A DNA stretch of 64,000 nucleotides from a virus (lineage: Duplodnaviria > Caudoviricetes). Within the stretch, counting starts at the first letter, position 1. Each line of letters starts with the position of its first letter. Shown piece after piece: positions 8,507 to 17,543 of the stretch. The stretch lies in IMG/VR virus record IMGVR_UViG_3300011429_000087, positions 1 to 64,000 of that record; one strand, given 5' to 3'. A model generated the notes under the pieces. The model was given only the letters and a program-made list of their open reading frames with translations. It did not search any database and was not told the origin of the DNA. The translations under genes were made by a program, and so were the position numbers.

Positions 8507-8953
8507 TTATCCCTTTATAACAAAAGTTATCATATCATCTTCAAGATATGGCTTCACGGCCTCACGCACATCTTCCCACTTTAGGCCACCCAGGCCACAT
8601 CCGACTTGAGGCAAAAAATATCGAAGATTTCGATCTTGCTTTCTCAGCACTTCTAGGTCTTTACTTAGTTGTACCGCAGATTGCGTAATTAATTTAATAT
8701 CTGACGGATCTTTCCAGTCGTGTTTTGTGGGGAATGTTAAAACACCGTATTCTTTAAAGTAATAATTGCGATTACCAGTTTTATTGAGACGGACGCCAAG
8801 TGCTTTCGGAAGATCGGGGAATCTGGCGGCGGCCTCTTTAGCCATACCAGCCCCCATTACGGCTTCGCCGTTCGCTTTAACAATCCCATTCGTGGGAACC
8901 ACGATATAACCCTGACTAGCGAAACTCCAAATATCGCCGGTTATTTCACGCAT
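8507..8953 (-). CDS. Macrodomain (ADP-ribose-processing, DarG/Poa1p-like) protein
   Basis: GDIW, VPTN, MGAGMA..AA.RFP, FPTK.DWK, LP.VGCGLGGL.W. Confidence 0.85.
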   Translation of the reverse strand: MREITGDIWSFASQGYIVVPTNGIVKANGEAVMGAGMAKEAAARFPDLPKALGVRLNKTGNRNYYFKEYGVLTFPTKHDWKDPSDIKLITQSAVQLSKDLEVLRKQDRNLRYFLPQVGCGLGGLKWEDVREAVKPYLEDDMITFVIKG

Positions 8954-8954
8954 A

Positions 8955-9461
8955 TTATTTTGTCCATTGAAGGGCGTTACTATCTTGATGAGCATTAAAC
9001 AGGGCGTTATTAATAATTTCTTTGTGGTCTAAGGCAAGATCGGCCTTTACGATATCTTCGATCGCTAGGAATTTAAAATCGCTCGCGTCATCACCGGCCA
9101 CAGGCTCTTGATCGCCGAAAGTCCAATTTACACCATAGACGAAGGTAATGTAGCGGGACCGTGGGTCACGATCAACTTTGTCATAAATCCCCAAGAGTTC
9201 GAACTTACCCTGTGGCCGGAAGCCGCATTCTTCCTCGAATTCGCGTCGAGCACAATCCACTAATCTTTCGTTCATTTCTACGTGCCCGCCGGGCGTTGCC
9301 CACTTACCAACATCGGGATAGTTCTTTCGCTTAATTAATAGGATACCCTTTAAGGGATGTCTATAAATAATATCCGTGGTCATGTTAGCACGGGGATAAT
9401 CATACACAAACTTACTTACTGGATTCATCAATAGCCTCATAAACGATGTTATTGTCTTCAT
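8955..9461 (-). CDS. Nudix hydrolase (ADP-ribose pyrophosphatase-like)
   Basis: Nudix box PGGHVEMNE...CARREFEEECG; RDPR, AGDDA, LALDH; start uncertain. Confidence 0.9.
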   Translation of the reverse strand: MKTITSFMRLLMNPVSKFVYDYPRANMTTDIIYRHPLKGILLIKRKNYPDVGKWATPGGHVEMNERLVDCARREFEEECGFRPQGKFELLGIYDKVDRDPRSRYITFVYGVNWTFGDQEPVAGDDASDFKFLAIEDIVKADLALDHKEIINNALFNAHQDSNALQWTK

Positions 9462-9708
9462 CTAGACACATTATCAGTTCCCCCTCATCTACCATTCTGC
9501 TCAATTCTTCGTAGACTAATGCCTCTTCCAGTGCTGCTCGGAACTTTTTTATAGTCACTGGCGTTCCCCGGGGGAACTTAAGTGTCGCTATGGCCCATAC
9601 CCACTCGGAAGGATTCTGATCAGAAACCTTTCGGCCATTGATTCCTTTTTCATGCGACGCTACTGAGAGCGATTTTATCTTAGAGTAATCTAGTGTCATC
9701 TTTTTCAT
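9412..9708 (-). CDS. Hypothetical protein
   Basis: 98-aa ORF in operon. Confidence 0.55.
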   Translation of the reverse strand: MKKMTLDYSKIKSLSVASHEKGINGRKVSDQNPSEWVWAIATLKFPRGTPVTIKKFRAALEEALVYEELSRMVDEGELIMCLDEDNNIVYEAIDESSK

Positions 9709-10363
9709 AAAAACAATTTCCTAAAAAGTTAGTTAAGTTTAAGTCGTGCATTAAGAAGTGTCTTGCCCATAAAATTTCGATCGGGCTTAAGTCTTTCTGA
9801 GTAGAATCAGAGGCCATCGGGAACATTATGCACTTTTTCGCCTCTTCTATCGTCGGTAATACGATATCAAATGCACGCCCACACTCAAAGCTGGCCTCTC
9901 CTTTTTCGTTAGTACGACCTACAATATGTGGTATACCAAGTGTATGACCTAATTCATGTAGACATGTTTTATAGATGGCATCATCAGAAAATCTCTCTTC
10001 GTCTTGTTCTTCTGTTTCGTTGAAGAATAGTAGATGAAGATCGGGATTGTAAAATCCTAAAGTGTTCGTCCCGGCCGGATCTGACATGGTTGGATATAGG
10101 CCAAATACTATTGAAACAGATCCTATCGGTCCAAACATACCATCTATAATTTTAAAATCAACTGGTACGGACATCTCCCACCGATTCATTGCTCTATGTA
10201 ATTGTTTTATAATGCGTGGATGAGCATCTGCTATTTCTTTTGGAAGAATGAATGGTTTATATACTCTTGAATTACAATATAGACTCATATCATCTTTTGA
10301 AAGGTATACGTTTGAGCAAGACAAGGTTGTTAAGCAAAGAAGAAGTGCTGCAAGTACACGCAT
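9680..10363 (-). CDS. Lipoprotein, matrixin/metzincin Zn-metalloprotease
   Basis: Lipobox LSC; HELGHTLGIPH zinc motif; Met-turn CIMFP. Confidence 0.85.
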   Translation of the reverse strand: MRVLAALLLCLTTLSCSNVYLSKDDMSLYCNSRVYKPFILPKEIADAHPRIIKQLHRAMNRWEMSVPVDFKIIDGMFGPIGSVSIVFGLYPTMSDPAGTNTLGFYNPDLHLLFFNETEEQDEERFSDDAIYKTCLHELGHTLGIPHIVGRTNEKGEASFECGRAFDIVLPTIEEAKKCIMFPMASDSTQKDLSPIEILWARHFLMHDLNLTNFLGNCFYEKDDTRLL

Positions 10364-10377
10364 AAATTTCTCCCTAA

Positions 10378-10406
10378 AAAAAATAAAGCCGCTATTCGCG
10401 GCTTTT
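10378..10406 (-). terminator. Intrinsic terminator
   Basis: AAAGCCGC-tattc-GCGGCTTT with an A run on the plus strand (T run on minus). Confidence 0.75.
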
Positions 10407-10414
10407 GAGTCGTG

Positions 10415-10459
10415 TTACTGTCGTCCTGGGGCGGTCGTGATTGTCGAATTGGCAGTCAT
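10415..10459 (-). CDS. Putative 14-aa micro-ORF MTANSTITTAPGRQ
   Basis: AGGAGAATC-ATG RBS; own promoter-like motif and terminator. Confidence 0.4.
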   Translation of the reverse strand: MTANSTITTAPGRQ

Positions 10460-10510
10460 GATTCTCCTACGATCTTGAACACTGAAAACTCCTAATATAT
10501 TAGTACACGA

Positions 10511-10542
10511 AAAAGCCTCGCAACTCTTACGAATTGCGAGGC
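10511..10542 (-). terminator. Intrinsic terminator
   Basis: GCCTCGCAA...TTGCGAGGC hairpin followed by TTTTT on the minus strand. Confidence 0.8.
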
Positions 10543-10568
10543 CATCTAAGTTTAGATTGTAATTTAAC

Positions 10569-11054
10569 TTACGTAGTAGGAGGCGGAACCTTCTTTTCTG
10601 GACTTCCAAAGAACATGGTAAGCCACTGCATATTAGGCGGAAGTTTATGTCCCAGCTTTCTTGCTGTTGCTGCGGCGGCCATAAGCATTCCAAGCTTTTT
10701 CCAAACGTCACCGTTTGAAGCGAGGTCTTGTGCCTTTGGGTCTGGCGATGTCGTAGCTTTTGTATAAAACGCCGCTGCTTCGGCAGCGGAAATTTCTCCA
10801 TCTTGATCTGTGTCGGCCGGACCAACAATCGCTTCTAGCGAAGCTACCGTGTTGCGTGCCTCTTCTAGAGCGGCAGCATTAGCCGTAAGTTGTCCCTGTA
10901 AACCTTGTACGGTTACAGCCGTTTCTGCTAGTTTACTACCTACGAAGCCTATAACATCATCTAGAGAGATAGCTGTCTTGCCTTCATTTCCGGTGGATAC
11001 GCACCCCATGCTCATTATACCGAACACAAGTGCTAATACGATTTTATTGACCAT
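10569..11054 (-). CDS. Lipoprotein with coiled coil and EF-hand-like loop
   Basis: Signal plus SMGC lipobox; heptad segment; DTDQDGEISAAE loop. Confidence 0.75.
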   Translation of the reverse strand: MVNKIVLALVFGIMSMGCVSTGNEGKTAISLDDVIGFVGSKLAETAVTVQGLQGQLTANAAALEEARNTVASLEAIVGPADTDQDGEISAAEAAAFYTKATTSPDPKAQDLASNGDVWKKLGMLMAAAATARKLGHKLPPNMQWLTMFFGSPEKKVPPPTT

Positions 11055-11301
11055 ACGACTTCTCCTCTTTCCATTTTAGAATTTCTGTATACGTATCAAT
11101 CAGTTTTGATTTCTGACCTTCTTGTATTTTGTTGATTGCCTGATCTTTTAATATCATATGTAGACCGAAATTTACATTAGTCTCATAAAATGGGATTTGA
11201 AGACCAATCATAAGTTCCACATTGTCATAAGTACCTAATAGACCACAGCTTGTGACAGAAGTTAATGTTAATATAAGTAATGTTGCTAGGATATTTTTCA
11301 T
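11044..11301 (-). CDS. Small lipoprotein
   Basis: MKNILATLLILTLTSVTSC lipobox; AGGAG RBS; TAGTGTACT motif upstream (11322-11330, minus). Confidence 0.7.
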   Translation of the reverse strand: MKNILATLLILTLTSVTSCGLLGTYDNVELMIGLQIPFYETNVNFGLHMILKDQAINKIQEGQKSKLIDTYTEILKWKEEKSYGQ

Positions 11302-11455
11302 AGATTTTACTCCTATAGAATAGTACACTACCCAAAATTTTTGAAGAATTAAGATTTTTCTTGCGAAAAAGAGGGGTCTGGAAGCCTCTATAGTAATAGA
11401 GTTTGAAAATACAAAGACAAGAGAGAGCCTCTAAAGGAAGGAAAGGTGGGGCAGG

Positions 11456-11707
11456 ATGACGATACTAGAAGAAGCTAGCCTGGAAGGCCAAACAATTAAA
11501 CTAGAACAAGAAGATAGTTTAATATATATGAAGTTAGGGTTCGTGGGGCCCCAAACTCTAGAACAAGTGGGAAATCTACCCTGTGAGGCTCTGTCCCTTT
11601 TTAGAGGTTATTTTATAACTGGCGGGTTTGATGAATTACGGGCAGAACTTCACAAATTTATTGACCGAGCGTGCGACGCTCATGAAGCAGCGAGGAGAAA
11701 AGAATGA
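11456..11707 (+). CDS. Hypothetical protein
   Basis: First ORF of the plus-strand block. Confidence 0.6.
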   Translation: MTILEEASLEGQTIKLEQEDSLIYMKLGFVGPQTLEQVGNLPCEALSLFRGYFITGGFDELRAELHKFIDRACDAHEAARRKE

Positions 11708-12015
11708 TTAAAGAAACTAAGAATAATCGACTAGGTATTACTAGTAGTACAAATGGAGGTCATAATATTGTCAATGATCTTACTACTGGTAAAGTCGATG
11801 TAAAGGTGCCAGCAGAAAAAGTGGAGGTGCCGCTTGGGTTAGCCAAGGCGAGTCCAATTTTTAAGAAGGTCGAGCCAAAGACTAAGGCTGATAAGTTAGA
11901 CGAGGTTAAGGCTCTTAAGGAAAATGAAGTTAAAACAGAGGGTAACCTTTCGGTAACACCCGAAACTAGCCACGTTACTCCCGCAACAGGTTATATAACG
12001 CCGCCCACAACGTAA
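11704..12015 (+). CDS. Hypothetical protein
   Basis: AGGAG RBS, ATGA overlap. Confidence 0.65.
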   Translation: MIKETKNNRLGITSSTNGGHNIVNDLTTGKVDVKVPAEKVEVPLGLAKASPIFKKVEPKTKADKLDEVKALKENEVKTEGNLSVTPETSHVTPATGYITPPTT

Positions 12016-12602
12016 TGAACTCAATCTCCCCTCTCCACTATTCTCAGGTTAGTGGAATTATTGAAGTTTTAGTATATAAAGAGACTCGCCGCCTGTCGCG
12101 TTTTGCTCCTGATCGTCCTGATTTAGAGCAAGAAGTCCGTCTCGCGTGCGTAAAGGCGTGCGAGCTTTACGACCCCAATAGAATTGGTCCGTCGCCATAT
12201 CAGTTTTTAAAAACGTGTGTTCGTAATCATTTATATAATTTAAGTCGTGGGAAATATGTCCCTAACAATCCGCCTTGTTCTAGGTGCCCTCTTTGGGATA
12301 AGGCAAATAAGATTTGTATTATCAATGAGGAGGGATGCGAAAAGATAAAAGTCTATCGTGAACATATGGCAATTAAGGCCGCCCTACATAAGCCCGACAA
12401 TATTGGATACGAGGCTCTCGATTCTAGAACGGGTAGTCATGTTGACGAATCATTTATATTGGATGCAAGTATTAGAGATGTATTACCATCTGGTTTAATT
12501 CCAATGTACGAAAAGATGCTTCAGGGACAATCTTCCGAAGTTCCGTCAAAGATTAAGACACAAATACGCAAAATAGTACGGAATCTATTAAAGGAGGAAT
12601 AA
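12015..12602 (+). CDS. Phage RNA polymerase sigma factor (sigma70 region 2) with Cys4 insert
   Basis: DLEQEVRLACVKACELYDPNR..PYQFLKTCVRNHLYNL; CSRC..C..C cluster. Confidence 0.7.
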   Translation: MNSISPLHYSQVSGIIEVLVYKETRRLSRFAPDRPDLEQEVRLACVKACELYDPNRIGPSPYQFLKTCVRNHLYNLSRGKYVPNNPPCSRCPLWDKANKICIINEEGCEKIKVYREHMAIKAALHKPDNIGYEALDSRTGSHVDESFILDASIRDVLPSGLIPMYEKMLQGQSSEVPSKIKTQIRKIVRNLLKEE

Positions 12603-13397
12603 ATGGTGGGCAGATCCATTTCAGAGCAAGACCTAACTATTATCGCTCAATATGCCGAACTTGGTAAGAGCGATGAAGAAATAGCCGATATTTTAGGTTG
12701 GACGAAAAATATGGCCGACGCCCCTAGAGCGGTCGCCAAACAACGGCGTAAGCTCAACTTAAAAAAGAGGGGGCCAGAACCGATCCCTAAAACTGATCTA
12801 ACTAATCTAGTTAAAAATAAATTACTAGAGGTGATGACTCGTCAGGAAAGATTTGATTTCATTAAGGCTAGAATCGCCACCAATCCTCGTAATGTCATGG
12901 TGTTCGAAGCCCTTTCGAAACAGGAAGAAGCGTTCTTCTTAAGCGAATATTACAATATTTTACAGTCAACTGACTCAATTACAGAAGCCGAAGAACAACA
13001 ATTATTCGCGGCGGTCATCGAATACGTTCTTGCGTTCAGAGCACTTCGCATGAAGACCGAAGAAGAACGATGTGTTCAAGAAACACTGGCGGGCACCGTC
13101 AAAGATGATAGTCCGCGATACAAACTAAAAGTTGATCCTCGACACGAAGAGTCTTATGGGTCACACATGCAGACATATCAGAATCTCATGAACGGTCTAA
13201 AGATGTCGCGGAAGCAGCGTTTGGATAAGGTTAAGAGTGATCGGAGAACACTTGTCGATGTCGCGTCCGAACTCTCAACGCAAAATGCACAAGCAATTGC
13301 GGCAGATGAAATTGAACGAATGTCTATTTTAGGTGACGAAGAACTTAAAAGACTATTGGAAAGTGGATATGTTATGGGGCTTTTTGAGACTAAATAA
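12603..13397 (+). CDS. HTH/helical protein, candidate terminase small subunit
   Basis: N-terminal HTH (GKSDEEIADILG), helical body, position upstream of terL. Confidence 0.45.
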   Translation: MVGRSISEQDLTIIAQYAELGKSDEEIADILGWTKNMADAPRAVAKQRRKLNLKKRGPEPIPKTDLTNLVKNKLLEVMTRQERFDFIKARIATNPRNVMVFEALSKQEEAFFLSEYYNILQSTDSITEAEEQQLFAAVIEYVLAFRALRMKTEEERCVQETLAGTVKDDSPRYKLKVDPRHEESYGSHMQTYQNLMNGLKMSRKQRLDKVKSDRRTLVDVASELSTQNAQAIAADEIERMSILGDEELKRLLESGYVMGLFETK

Positions 13398-13398
13398 T

Positions 13399-14094
13399 AT
13401 GACACAAACGCTAATAGATAAAACATGTTTTAATTGCAAAATATCTAAACCTTTATGTTGCTTTTATGATAAGAAAAATAGTAAAGATGGTAAAGAAAAT
13501 CAATGTCAGGATTGTAGACGAAATAAAATGCGTTTTATTAGACAACATAGAGATATTGTTATTACTCCGGCATCTAAAACATGTCCAAAATGTAAGAATG
13601 AGAAATCTTTTTTAGAGTTCTATCGTTCTAAAAAACAATACGACGGTCTTTCTGCGTACTGCAAACAATGCTCAAGTTTTATAGATAATTTAAGAAATGC
13701 TACCACGAGTAGGCGTGATTTTAAAAAGAATTTTCAACAATTGAAACGAGCGGTTAATAAAGAGGTTTGGCAAAAATTCTTTCAAGAAAAATATGGAGAT
13801 CCTATCTGTTCTATTTGTAAATGTTTATTGTCTTGGAATTATGAAGAAAAATATAAAAAAATAAACGATAGAACTTCGTTAGTGATTTTTGACCATAGGT
13901 GTGGCGGTTACGAAAAAATAAAAGGATCACCGTCTCACTGGTATACAGATCATATATGTAATAGTCTTAATAAAGAAATTTGGATGTCTTGTAATTTTGG
14001 TATTCTATGTGCAAAATGTAATACGGGGTTACCAACTCTTAATAGAGAAGGGTGGTTAGTGAATGTTATAGGTTATATAGGAGTTAAATCGTGA
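13399..14094 (+). CDS. HNH/EndoVII-like homing endonuclease with CxxC repeats
   Basis: KTCxxC..FY..K...DG....CxxC repeats; DHR..GILCAKCN; AT-rich. Confidence 0.75.
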   Translation: MTQTLIDKTCFNCKISKPLCCFYDKKNSKDGKENQCQDCRRNKMRFIRQHRDIVITPASKTCPKCKNEKSFLEFYRSKKQYDGLSAYCKQCSSFIDNLRNATTSRRDFKKNFQQLKRAVNKEVWQKFFQEKYGDPICSICKCLLSWNYEEKYKKINDRTSLVIFDHRCGGYEKIKGSPSHWYTDHICNSLNKEIWMSCNFGILCAKCNTGLPTLNREGWLVNVIGYIGVKS

Positions 14095-15026
14095 AATTTG
14101 CCATGTTATATGCTGCTTGGGAGGGGGAGGGATGGTCGAGTCCGATCGGCTTTCGTAATGAATTAGTAAAGCGTGGACACGAAATTGTACATTACAACCT
14201 CTATCATAGAGATGGTGTTGTAGATTATAAAGGACAAATACGTAAATATTCAAATGAAGGTATTAATAAATTCCATGCAGATTGTCGCAGAGGCGATATG
14301 CCTGACGCAGTTTTCTTATTGGATTATGGGCAATTTGATGCAGCACAGTTTGATAAAAAATGGATACCAGAAATAGTTTGGATCACAGAACAAGGCGACG
14401 AACCACAATCACATCAGGCACAGACACCTAAAGCCTTAAAAGCCGATCTAGTTTTATCTCCAGATCATCGCTGCGTTCTTAGATACCACACGATGGGAGT
14501 AAATGCCAAGTTTTGGACGCATTGTGCGGACCAATCGTTGTTTTATCCGCGAAGCGACATTCCAGAAATGTGGGACTGCGTGACAACATGCGGTCCACGC
14601 GGCGGTGGTCTGACAGAACAAATTAAGTCTGTATTAGGCGATAGATTTAACAATGAACGTTATTTTTATGGCGAAGATCATGCAAAACGTCTTTCAATGG
14701 GGAAGATGGTATTTCAATGCAGTCAATTTAAAGAAGTGACCCGTCGCATTTTCGAGGGGGCGGCCTGTGGCAAAATGGTAATTACCGATAGATTACCAGC
14801 AAATACTAAACTGTCGGAACTATTAGTAGAGAATGATGATATTGTCTATTACGACAATGTAGATGACGCAATCAATAAGATTAAATTTTATTCAGAGAAT
14901 GAAACCGAAAGAAAGCGAATTGCCCTCAATGGGTATAATAAAGTTATTAAAGAACATTCTGTTTCTAAACGAATAGATGATTTATTGATTTATATTGAAG
15001 AATTTAAACATGACAAGCTCAAGTAA
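14091..15026 (+). CDS. Glycosyltransferase (GT-B, CgeB-like)
   Basis: RRIFEGAACGKMVITD, IVYYDN.DD.I.KIKFY, ERKRIA.NGY.KV.KEH. Confidence 0.85.
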   Translation: MKFAMLYAAWEGEGWSSPIGFRNELVKRGHEIVHYNLYHRDGVVDYKGQIRKYSNEGINKFHADCRRGDMPDAVFLLDYGQFDAAQFDKKWIPEIVWITEQGDEPQSHQAQTPKALKADLVLSPDHRCVLRYHTMGVNAKFWTHCADQSLFYPRSDIPEMWDCVTTCGPRGGGLTEQIKSVLGDRFNNERYFYGEDHAKRLSMGKMVFQCSQFKEVTRRIFEGAACGKMVITDRLPANTKLSELLVENDDIVYYDNVDDAINKIKFYSENETERKRIALNGYNKVIKEHSVSKRIDDLLIYIEEFKHDKLK

Positions 15027-15816
15027 ACATTTATTACCGGGACAGCCCCGATGGGACTATAGTATCCAGCAATATAAAAAAGGACACCCGTTCTGCGAAA
15101 AAGACCTTTGTTCTATTCTATTTCTAGCATGTGGGCGACCAGATGTAACGAGACGCTCATTATTAGCAACTCTTGACTGCATTAAACTTTTTCCAGGCGA
15201 AGTAGAGTTAATTTGTATTGAGAATGGTAAAGATGAAGCGAATTTTAGTTTCTTTCAAGATATTCCTATTCAAAGGAAGGTGATTGTTCGACAAGATAAC
15301 TATGGCATAAATCATGGCTTAAATCAAGCTTGGGCTCTCTCTCGCGGGGAGTTTTGTATCGTTCATGAGAATGATTGGGAACCACATAAAATTATAGATT
15401 TTATTTCTATTATACGAGATATTTTTAATGAGAAAAAGGATGTAGGTATTGTTCAGTTACGTTCTATATGGGATAGTAACGAACAGTGGGGAAGAGGTAA
15501 GCCAGAATATTGGCCTTGGGATTTATCACCAGAGGTATTAAATCCTAAAGGAATTAAAGTATGGCATGAAAAAACAAAAACTGGTCATGAATACTTAATT
15601 TCTAACTTTAATAATGGTTTTAATAACAATCCAATTGCTATGCATAAAAAACTATTTATGGAGTTACATCCATATCCGGAACCAGAAATTGGTACAGATC
15701 CTAGACATGGCGAAACATTATACCAAGAAGCCGTAGCTAGTACAGGATGTGCAATTGCTCATATCAATATGGATCTTTATTATCATATTGGAAGGATTCA
15801 AACGGTGCCAAAATGA
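15010..15816 (+). CDS. Glycosyltransferase family 2 (GT-A)
   Basis: SILFLACGRP, ELICIENG, NYGINHGLNQAW..SRGEF.IVHENDW. Confidence 0.8.
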   Translation: MTSSSKHLLPGQPRWDYSIQQYKKGHPFCEKDLCSILFLACGRPDVTRRSLLATLDCIKLFPGEVELICIENGKDEANFSFFQDIPIQRKVIVRQDNYGINHGLNQAWALSRGEFCIVHENDWEPHKIIDFISIIRDIFNEKKDVGIVQLRSIWDSNEQWGRGKPEYWPWDLSPEVLNPKGIKVWHEKTKTGHEYLISNFNNGFNNNPIAMHKKLFMELHPYPEPEIGTDPRHGETLYQEAVASTGCAIAHINMDLYYHIGRIQTVPK

Positions 15817-16151
15817 ATAATATTCATCCAAAGGGTTGGGGATATGAACTATGGATTCATAATGACGAGAAATATTGTGGAAAACTATTAGTTATCTTTG
15901 CTGGAAAGAAGTGTTCACTACATTATCACAAACTTAAGCATGAGACATTTTATCTTCAAAGTGGGCGACTTAGTGTTTATATGAAGTACCCAGATGGTCG
16001 TGAAGAACGACTTATAATGGAAAAAGGTATGACTCAGGAAGTTCCTATTGGCACAATACATCAGATGCAGGCAATTGAACATACCGAACTGTTTGAGTTT
16101 TCGACACAACATTTTGATGATGATTCTTATAGAATTGAGAAGGGGGATTAA
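15813..16151 (+). CDS. Cupin, sugar(-phosphate) isomerase-like
   Basis: PKGWGYE, SLHYHKLKHETFY..SG, P.G..H, FEFST. Confidence 0.8.
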   Translation: MNNIHPKGWGYELWIHNDEKYCGKLLVIFAGKKCSLHYHKLKHETFYLQSGRLSVYMKYPDGREERLIMEKGMTQEVPIGTIHQMQAIEHTELFEFSTQHFDDDSYRIEKGD

Positions 16152-16415
16152 ATGAAAGAAATATTAAATCATGGCGATATTGTTCTTTGGAATGGTAAAC
16201 GAGTGACTTGTACTGCCAAACATGCCCAAGGCATATGGCACACATATCATTTTAATGACGGTTCAAGTTTTAATGGGGACGTAAAAGCAATGTTTGCGAG
16301 CGGTGTTTTACAAGAAGTAGAATTGCCAAAAATAAAAATAAATGCAATACCACCCTGGACGCCCAAAGGAAAATTAGATGGGCCGATCTCCAATAAACCC
16401 TCAAAGGAAGATTAA
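16152..16415 (+). CDS. Hypothetical protein
   Basis: Coupled ORF with GGGG RBS. Confidence 0.6.
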   Translation: MKEILNHGDIVLWNGKRVTCTAKHAQGIWHTYHFNDGSSFNGDVKAMFASGVLQEVELPKIKINAIPPWTPKGKLDGPISNKPSKED

Positions 16416-17047
16416 TGGAAGTATTAGTAAAAAATAAGACTTGTCAAACATGTAAGATGTCTATAGAAGTTCATTTATTTTATAAAAATAAACGCTCAAA
16501 TGATGGTTTAGATTTTTCATGTAAACGGTGTGCAATAAAAGCAAAAAAGAAAAGTAGAGAATATAGATCTAGTAATACAGTAGACCGTAGATACTTATTA
16601 AAAAATCATGATACAAAGAATGATTTACGTCAATGTGATAAGTGCGGAACGATAAAATCTTTGAAAGATTTTCCGCGTAGTAAAAGGTGTTATCTTGGGC
16701 GATCTGGAAGTTGTAAAATCTGTAAAGTCAAATATAGAGATACTTGGCTGCCATATTTTATAAAAAAGTATGGTGAACATCCATTATGTACGATATGCAA
16801 TAAAATATTAACTTGGGAAATTAAAGATAAGATAAAAAAGGCTCATTTCGATCATAGACATGGCGGAAGTGAAGCAATTGCGATGTCTCCGTCAACATGG
16901 TATCAAGCTAGATTTTGTACTAAAGAAAATATTAGAATTTTTGAATCATGTGATTTTGGTATTTTATGTATCAGATGTAATAGTAATATTCCAACAAAAG
17001 ATAGAAAAGAGTGGTTACAGAAAATAACCAAATATATTAATGGTTAA
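16415..17047 (+). CDS. HNH/EndoVII-like homing endonuclease, paralogue of 13399
   Basis: CxxC repeats; KYG.P.C.IC..L.W, FDHR.GG.E.I..SPS.WY, SC.FGILC..CN..PT..R..WL shared. Confidence 0.75.
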   Translation: MEVLVKNKTCQTCKMSIEVHLFYKNKRSNDGLDFSCKRCAIKAKKKSREYRSSNTVDRRYLLKNHDTKNDLRQCDKCGTIKSLKDFPRSKRCYLGRSGSCKICKVKYRDTWLPYFIKKYGEHPLCTICNKILTWEIKDKIKKAHFDHRHGGSEAIAMSPSTWYQARFCTKENIRIFESCDFGILCIRCNSNIPTKDRKEWLQKITKYING

Positions 17048-17543
17048 AGAAAAACAAAAACCCATTTTATTGGTGGATACTAGAGAAAAAACGCCGTTTG
17101 ATTTTGATGGAGATGATGCTTTTGCTAATATAGAACATGTCTGTCTGAAACAGGGAGATTATTCTCTAAAAGGTTTAGAGCATCTTGTTTCTATAGAACG
17201 TAAAGCATCAGCCAATGAACTTTACACCAATCTATCTCAAAAAGAGTTCCGTGACCGCTTCTACGCCGAAGCCAAAAGACTCTCAGAGAAGGTGAAGTAT
17301 CGTTTTATTATTGTCGAACAGGACTGTGAGGACATGTTAAATCCCTCAAGCTACGCCGTCAATACGATGCATCGTAATAAATTTTCAGCTTACATGCCTC
17401 CGGCATTAGTTTTAGGACACTTAATTCGCTTCATGTTAGAACACGACATTCACGTTCTATTTGCGGGGGCGAAAGCTAAATCTGTTGCAAAAAAAATACT
17501 GTTAGCTGTCCATGATATGTATCTCAAAGGACAAATAATATAA
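17040..17543 (+). CDS. ERCC4-domain nuclease
   Basis: VDTREK, GDYS, IERK motifs. Confidence 0.85.
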   Translation: MVKEKQKPILLVDTREKTPFDFDGDDAFANIEHVCLKQGDYSLKGLEHLVSIERKASANELYTNLSQKEFRDRFYAEAKRLSEKVKYRFIIVEQDCEDMLNPSSYAVNTMHRNKFSAYMPPALVLGHLIRFMLEHDIHVLFAGAKAKSVAKKILLAVHDMYLKGQII

